A stretch of 64,000 nt of DNA from Octopus vulgaris (taxonomy: Eukaryota): the NCBI GenBank assembly GCA_951406725.2, contig OX597816.1, positions 35,154,001 through 35,218,000 of the forward strand. The letters run 5' to 3'. The translations under genes were made by a program, and so were the position numbers. The notes under the pieces are model-generated. The model was not told the origin of the DNA. It saw only the letters and a list, made by a program, of their open reading frames with translations, and searched no databases. Positions 56,590 to 64,000 of this stretch are shown piece after piece; position 1 is the stretch's first letter; the number at the start of each line of letters is the position of its first letter.

Positions 56590-58900
56590 TTTTTAATGTC
56601 CATTTAATGGGACTTGATGAAGGAGGAAGTGTGATATTGCTGCCTTCTTTGAAGATTTTTCTTATGACTTATGTTTATCTGGAATCTTGGACAGCAGAAT
56701 ATCAAAGTGTTTCCTGAAAACCTTGATCCCCACCTTATGTAGCTCACTCCGTATGTTTAGAAAGATATCCAATAACTGTCGGCCTATGCATCTATCGCAA
56801 CACCTAGTCTCCATTCTTGACTCTATGTTAAGTAATTTTCAACACTGCAGTGACATCTTTTTATGTATGCGAGTATATCTCTCGATACAAAAATTTGGTA
56901 TCAACATCTCTACTATGTATATCTCTACCGTTCTCCCTCCAGAAAGTAGAGACAAACTTGTTTCAGCGTGTCCCAAAGACTCAGCTTTTCATTGATGCAA
57001 ACTTCTAGTATATAACCATCGAGCTGCTTCAACTTTTGTTATTAATTGAAAACTATTCGTTCCGTTGTTGAGAGCAATTATCCAGACGGCTGGAGACGTC
57101 CTCCATAAGACAAATTCATTATCTTGATCTATTCTTCTCAAAGTTCTCAGAATCCATCCGGAATTTCGCTTTCACACTCCTACCACCTTGCTGATATCAA
57201 ACGAGGCGTCGTCACATATCGATCCCAAGGGCACGCACTCTGTTTCTTTTAGCAGCACAATATCTTTGTTATGATCTGTTAGCGGAATGCGATTAATAAC
57301 GGATGATTAGCAAATTTCCTGCATTTAATCGCTTCTAGTTTCCTTCAGCCCATTTACATATGACATATTGGTCTTTCTGTTGAATAGCAATGAGAAGTTC
57401 GGAAAGTGCCCGCGCTACTTTAGTATCGTGGACATATCTACTTATTGTGACTGTATGTGCAACTGATGGAATGCCCGAGAAAATTACTATAACCAGCAGC
57501 AAATCCAAGACACTTCCTAAGGAACTCCACACGCTATTTCTGTCTCCTCGCATAGCCACTACAGTTTGGCTTCTGTCTTTTAAGCAGTTTTCTACCCACT
57601 CTCCCACGTTTTTTCGTGTCTTCGTGGCTTGTGAGTCCCGTATTCAACCTTATCAAAGATTTTGAGATATATCAAATCCACATTCAGACAAATCATTAGT
57701 TGCTTCAACACCGAATCAAAATGCTGCAGCATCAGTTAAGCAGCATCTTCTTGGGCGAAAGCCAAGCCATATGTCAGGAATATGTTATTAACTTCTATAC
57801 GCATGATCAGCTTGTTCCTGACAATACGTTCCATGTATTTACTGATATGTGATAGAGACAGACCTCAGCAACCTTCTTTATGGATAGGACATGTGGTCTT
57901 TCTATAATATTCGGGGAAGTCTCCAACTTGTAAGGAAGCATTGGAAGAGAACCTGCAGTGGTCTTGCTGGAGATCCTTTGCTTTACTTTAGGGGTATGGC
58001 TAGGAATGCATCAAGACGTGTGACTAAGTGTAAGCTCACTTCGCCTATAGATAATATTTAATCAGATTCCTTTACTTCGATGTGATAATTACCACAATTT
58101 GTGTGTAGAGGTGTGTTCACGACGACATGATCTGGCAGAGCTATTTGCTATGATTTTGAATTACACATTCGGTACTTCAGTTGTCGACTTGTTGTTCGCA
58201 GTCCGTCGGCCATTTTCTTTAAAACTATAAAGAAGTTTTAGGATTTGTCTTTTCATTTTATTCTGCTCTGATTTACTCTTTGTCCTTTCCTTTTCATGGA
58301 ATTGTTTGAGTTAAATTTTAATCTCAATCTATGTTTGTTAAAGATTATTCACTATGCTTTAGTGGCCTATTAAGATGATTTGAGATCTTTATTCTTCGTC
58401 TCCTTAGCATTTTCCTATCCCGGGGTATATTTTTTAGGTCGGTTTGACATTCTCTTTAGAGGAGACATACTACATAATCCATGTAAGATTGTCATAAAAG
58501 CTGTAGCTTTATGTCAATAGCCTGCGCAGAATGAAAGGCTGGCAAGTATGTTTTAGATCCTCTTTCTGAATACCTTTCCAGTGAGCTTTATGGAGGTTGG
58601 AAACTCTTAGAAGAATATGAAGTTTGTCATCTAGGTTGGTTAATACACTTTCCATCTGTGTTTAGGCTCTCTTCCACCGAGCATTAAAATTTCCAGACTC
58701 ATTCAAGTACTAGTGTACACAAAACATTATCTATTCATTCTAGTTAATAATACGGAAAACGTTGTCAGATATCTGTCGGTTATTGACCTGCTTTATTAAC
58801 TGAACAGTTTGACTGAAGATAAGACGATATTAATGATATGATTTAAAAGCAACATAGATGTAATGTCTTCGCTGTAACTGAACTACGATAGGTGGATATA
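56590..58900 (-). mobile_element. Degenerate LINE ORF2 (CR1/Jockey-like RT)
   Basis: WVENCLKDRSQTVV...GSVLDLLL...RYVHDTKV correspond to W-FL-R-Q-V, GVPQGSVLGP-LF and YADDTK. Confidence 0.78.
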
Positions 58901-59034
58901 TGATACTGTTTACACATGAATTTGAGTGAGAGTACTTGAATCACGAAAATGCTTAAACGTACATTTTCAAATGAGAAAACGCCTTGCAGTATTCTAAAGC
59001 CATTCAATTACGCTAGTTAGTAAATATTAATATT

Positions 59035-59210
59035 GGGTTCAAATTTTGGCACAAGGCCAGCAAGTTCGGGGTAGGGGTAGTCGATTAAATATCACGATTA
59101 CATACCCCGGCGGTATGTTAACTCAGAACGTAAAGACGGACAAAACGCCGCTAAGTATTTTTCTCTTTTAATTTTTGCCGGCGCAATAATGATTCTGCTA
59201 GCTCGCCGCT
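59035..59210 (-). mobile_element. SINE (family of 16533/24627), degenerate
   Basis: Shares ggcacaaggcc..gtcgatta..aactcagaacgtaaagac..gctcgcc. Confidence 0.7.
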
Positions 59211-60616
59211 CTATATTTAATAAATATTCGATAGCATAATCTAATGTACTGCTACTACGTAACATTACAGATCGTTGTCATTCAGCTATTTAACACATAC
59301 TTAACGACAAACACGTAGATCCATCAATGAACTGGCACACCCTGATCAATTTTTTTTAATCGTAAAAAAGAATAACATTTATATTTGTGTCATGGTATGC
59401 TTAGATATATTTCTCAACTATTTTGTTAGATTTCAATGATTATTGAAATATAGCAAATAATTTAACGTAGCGAGCAAGAAATGAAATTTAATAAAAATTA
59501 AATTCCATTAAAAGATTTTTTAAATTATAGTATATTTTCCAAAAGACTTTCAATGGAATCTGCAAACAAATATAATCTAAATGGATGTCAGAACAAATAT
59601 TTAAAAACAGCACAAAAATAAGAGCAACATGCGATGAGGGCGGAAAATGTGCTCAATTGTTCAATAGAGATGTAATGAGATACATAACAAACAATGAGGG
59701 GACAGCACATCTTCATAGGCTTCGTATAGTATATAAATTATCATGAAGATGATACTGTATAATTTGCTCTTTTATTTTGTTAATCATAACAAAGAAATAC
59801 AATATATTTTTTTGTTTGATATTTTATAACCTTTATCGTCGAGACGATAGTTTCCATGAAAAAATAAGTAATTTAGATTTTTTTTTATATTTTGCTTTAT
59901 CTTTATTTCAGTACGAGAAACACAAATATGCACTACTTTGTATTTGCACATATTTTATTCACTTACTTTAAACAATCTGAATTTCTCACCATATTGAAAT
60001 TTCTAATGAGAATTTTGAAAAGATTGACTTTCTACAAACATAATTATGTTTGTATATACCTTGGCAAACCACGTGTAATACAGATAAATATCAACCAATA
60101 TACAGAAGGTAACAGTTAACAACTATTTATAGTCGATTCCAATATGGTTAGATTTCTATAAATTACTTGTCGCGAACCATTAGTTTTTTTTTCATTTCTC
60201 CTGATATTATTTGTGTAAGATAGGTGCATAGGCGTGTAAGAATGTATGAATGCGTTCCTAGTGAGATTAGCATGAGTATATGTGCGTGCATTTTTTGTGC
60301 TTGTATTGAGTATGGCAGTACGCTCAGAGGGAAGAGCTCCATAATGCCTAACAATCATCTCCATTAAATTCTTGAAGAATGCAAAAAATATCAGTAGATA
60401 GGTACACGCATGTATGAACATAAATATATATGCATATATACATACATACATACACATAAGTATTTGAAGCGGCAAGTCGCGGATTTGGCGTTGAAGGCTA
60501 TTTATCAAAAATACGATGAATACCATCTTCGACTTTGGAGCTACAACTATCAGTCTTGATAAATAACTGAATAATTCTCAGATGAATACGGAGGTAGCCT
60601 TTTATTCATGATCGAA

Positions 60617-60860
60617 GTGGGAGAGTGGGTACAAGACTTTTTAAAAGACAGAAGCCAAACTGTAGTGGCTATTGGGGTCCTATGCGAGGAGACCGAAATA
60701 GCGAGTGGAGTACCTCAGGAAGTGTCTTGGAACTGCTGCTGGTTATAGTAATTTTCTTGAGTACTCCATCAGTTGCACAGGCAGTCACACTTAGTAGATA
60801 TGTCCACGATACAAAAGTAGCACGGACACTTTCCGAACTTCTCATTGCTATTCAACAGAT
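60617..60860 (+). mobile_element. LINE RT fragment, inverted paralogue of 57375-57606
   Basis: GSVLELLLVIVIF...RYVHDTKVARTLSELLIAIQQ shared with ORF 57335..57607. Confidence 0.8.
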
Positions 60861-60879
60861 AAATTTTTTTTGGGAGCTG

Positions 60880-61328
60880 TAGTTATAGAACAAACCATAA
60901 ATACAAAACTCATTTCTCTTGGAGTTATGAATTGAATAATGATTTATTTAACTGCCACAAAAAAGGGAAACAACCCCACTCCCACCACTGTTGGATATCT
61001 GAATCGATTGTAATCATATTTCGATCTGCATCCAGAGATAAATAATTTACTGCGATGCATCTACACCAACAAGATACATTATAGAACATAGAAAGAAGAT
61101 TAGTAACTGTAACATTATTAAAAAGCCGAAAATTAACTTTCTTCCCAACTCTATAAACAAAAACGAAAGCGTGAATGATATAAGACAGTCACGTGCTTTC
61201 GCAGCTAGTGACATTCCAACAGATTCCATAGTGACTGCTAGCCAAACTACATTACTGGCTCAAGTAACTGACCACTGTCTCCATACTGGGACTATTGTAA
61301 ATAGCAGGCACAACCGCAACGATTATTA

Positions 61329-61406
<78 letters not shown>

Positions 61407-61501
61407 GGGTGGTGGTGGTGGTGGTGGTGGTGGTGGTGGTGGTGGTGGTGGTGGTGGTGGTGGTGGTGGTGGTGGTGGTGGTGGTGGTGGTGGTGGTGGT
61501 G

Positions 61502-61546
<45 letters not shown>

Positions 61547-61975
61547 ATGAAGATTATATGCCGGTGAAATGTGCCCGTAGTGAAATTTTCCGAGAAAAAA
61601 TATCTTGGGCTTTGAAGAACTCTCTCGAGGAGAGATAGTTCTCTATTAAAGTAAGTAAAAAAAAGACATCAGATACAGAATTAAAAGTTGTTAACGAATT
61701 CTGTGATGAGTATGTATAAGATTGTGATGAACCCACATACTGGCAGATTAACACCTGTCTATATGCGCTAACTACTATTGTAAAACAGTATCTGAATGAT
61801 ATCCAAAAAGTAATCAAAACAAAAATACCAATGTAAATGCCATAACGGGGTTTGAATACAGCGGAAAAAACAACTGGTTTCCGGAAGATCATGAGTGATG
61901 TAATTATGCTTATTGCATGCAAACTATACGTCCCACCAACAGAAAGTAACGAAGGAGATAGAAATGATGAAGATG
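60880..61975 (+). mobile_element. Degenerate repeat homologous to 9060-10110
   Basis: For example gatctgcatccaga and ttactggctcaagtaactgaccac are shared in reverse complement. Confidence 0.7.
61330..61546. repeat. Compound microsatellite (TAG)n(TGG)n(TAG)n
   Basis: Seen directly. Confidence 0.95.
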
Positions 61976-62336
61976 AAGAAGGAGGAGAAGAAGAAGGAGA
62001 AGAAGAAGAAGAAGAAGAAGAAGAAGAAGAAGAAGAAGAAGAAGAAGAAGAAGAAGAAGAAGAAGAAGAAGAAGAAGAAGAAGAAGAAGAAGAAGAAGAA
62101 GAAGAAGGAGAAGAAGTAGAAGGAGAAGAAGAAGAAGAAGAATAAGGAGAAGGAGAAGAAGAAGAAGAAGAAGAAGAAGGAGAAGAAGAAGAAGAAGAAG
62201 AAGAAGAAGGAGAAGAAGAAGGAGAAGAAGAAGGAGAAGAAGAAGAAGAAGGAGAAGAAGAAGGAGAAGAAGAAGAAGAAGAAGAAGAAGAAGAAGAAGA
62301 AGAAGAAGAAGAAGAAGAAGAAGAAGAAGAAGAAGA
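61970..62336. repeat. (GAA)n/(GGA) polypurine tract
   Basis: Seen directly. Confidence 0.95.
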
Positions 62337-63143
62337 CTTTCAAAGTCTCAAAATCACGAATTTTGGTAAAAGAACTTCTGTTTGTGGACAGGGGTTAGTC
62401 GATTAACCCCATGTTATCAAATGGAACTTATTTTATCGAACGTGAAAGGTTGATAGGAGAATCTAACATTGGCAGCATTTGTCAATAAACTAACTGAAGA
62501 AATTGTGCCAAGAACTTTAAAAGATAGGCGCAATCGATTCTAACAACTAGCCGCCATAAACGAATATTGTATATGATTTCTAAAGCTACATGGAGGCAAC
62601 AAGTACAGATCGATGCTTGTTTTCACACGCTGCTTTAACATTATTACGAACCATGATTGTTCATAATGTTTTGCGTGATTATATGACCTAATTTGGTTGT
62701 AATAGTGGTGTCTAACTTTTAAATTCATTAGAAAACAAACACACAAAAAAGACGATCTATAGTTCTGCATCCGAAAACGTAGAGTGAAAGTAGAAACAGA
62801 GTCAATCATAGAAAAATTTTCGAACCAATTCCGCAAATGTTACCTGTTAGATAGATTGCCTATCAAATTTCTCAAACAGGTCACCGAAATGTTATATTTT
62901 TAATGTTATTAAAAAAGAAACAGACTGATTTATTTTCTAAGTCAATGACATTTGCAACTGTTACTGTTGGCAGTATTAACGAACAGAATGTTACATATGT
63001 CAACATTGGACAATGAATAGAAAATGATAGATGGAATCTAAGACACAATGTATGATACGATGGCATTATTTGATGCCGACTTACAGAAAATGTGTATATA
63101 CATATAGATAGAAAGACAGATAGATAGATAAATAGATAGATAA

Positions 63144-63176
<33 letters not shown>

Positions 63177-63467
63177 CAGATAGATAGGCAGATATATATA
63201 TATATATATAGATAGAGAGATAGATAGAGAGATAGATATATATATATATAGAGAGAGAGAGTTAGAGAGTACTAATCTAAGCAAGTGTGTGCAATGTTTT
63301 ACCAAAACGGAAATCTATAATTGTCAGTAAATATGACTAGGGTGCTAGAATCACCTACATTTTTAGAAACAAGAGCTAAAATGCTCTAATGCTGTAGTCA
63401 AAGCCCAAAATTGTATACAAATATACTGATAGGAACGTTAATCACCCGAAAGCACCGCTCGAGAATT

Positions 63468-63517
63468 CCTTATACTGATCGGTCAGTTCGGCAATTTCTG
63501 TTGCCTCATCAGTAAGG
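63468..63517 (-). ncRNA. Type I hammerhead ribozyme with three perfect stems and one core A missing
   Basis: CCUUA CUGAUGA GGCAA CAGAAA UUGCC GAA CUGA CCGA UCAG UA/UAAGG. Confidence 0.75.
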
Positions 63518-63875
63518 TCAGGTTCGAATTCGGCAGATTCCAGACTGAATTCACTTTTAGAATATATGTTTTTTTACAATAAAAATCGATGTAGGATTTC
63601 GCGAATCGCTACAGGAAATTAATATTAGACGACAGTATGCAATGTTTTACCGTAAAGGAAAGCTATAATTTTCACTAAATATGACAAGTATCGATCGGTG
63701 TTTTCGGACGATTATAGTCTCTGTCAATGTATATCGTTGGTATTTTGCAGAAGTGTCATAATTCGAAACCGTTGTTTTTTCAGAAAACGAAAAACTAGTT
63801 CCACCATTTCAGAGAAACATCTTTGTATTACATGTTGACAATTTTGATACGTTGGCATCTGTAGCAGCTGGAGAT

Positions 63876-64000
63876 ACGACAACGTTTCGGCTGATATACC
63901 CGCCAGCCATCATAGGTGTCTTGGGGAAAGTTTGAAAATGGGTTGTCATTCCTAAGGTATTTTTGATGTTTTTTATTATTATTTTATTATTATTATTATT
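63876..64000 (-). mobile_element. Another copy of the (AAT)n plus HHR unit seen at 52.1 and 53.2 kb, running off the window
   Basis: GACAC CUAUGA U GGCUG-loop-CAGCC GAAA CGUU; upstream ccttaggaatgacaaccc is shared with 53256-53275. Confidence 0.75.

Noticed and set aside
61852-62343. Poly-E, poly-K and poly-F ORFs
   Set aside because: Frames of the (GAA)n tract.

Overview
AT-rich, microsatellite-dense animal genomic DNA. The tRNA-derived SINEs, (TA)n/(CA)n density and a mollusc-type tyrosinase suggest an octopus-like cephalopod (inference). One host gene was reconstructed by hand: a four-exon secreted tyrosinase-like type-3 copper protein on the minus strand (CDS 54010-53642, 38537-38425, 35319-35174, 31835-30790; 1674 nt, 557 aa). 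All introns are GT-AG, phases match, and all six copper-binding His are present. The rest is mostly transposon debris: Penelope-like elements (PLEs), Tc1/mariner and maT pseudogenes, LINE fragments, a deleted Ty3/gypsy element, SINEs and MITEs. The main unexplained signal is about a dozen type I hammerhead ribozyme (HHR)-like folds from at least seven unrelated repeat families. Several have non-canonical cores (C9, G3-C8-like swap, an extra base after position 9, palindromic stem III). One lies in sense orientation in tyrosinase intron 3, one family is fused to a tRNA-like Pol III head, and two sit in ~350-bp repeats reminiscent of retrozymes. Long inverted repeats are also unusually frequent. 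Most ORFs in the supplied track are microsatellite artefacts. Structures were folded by eye, with no database searches.
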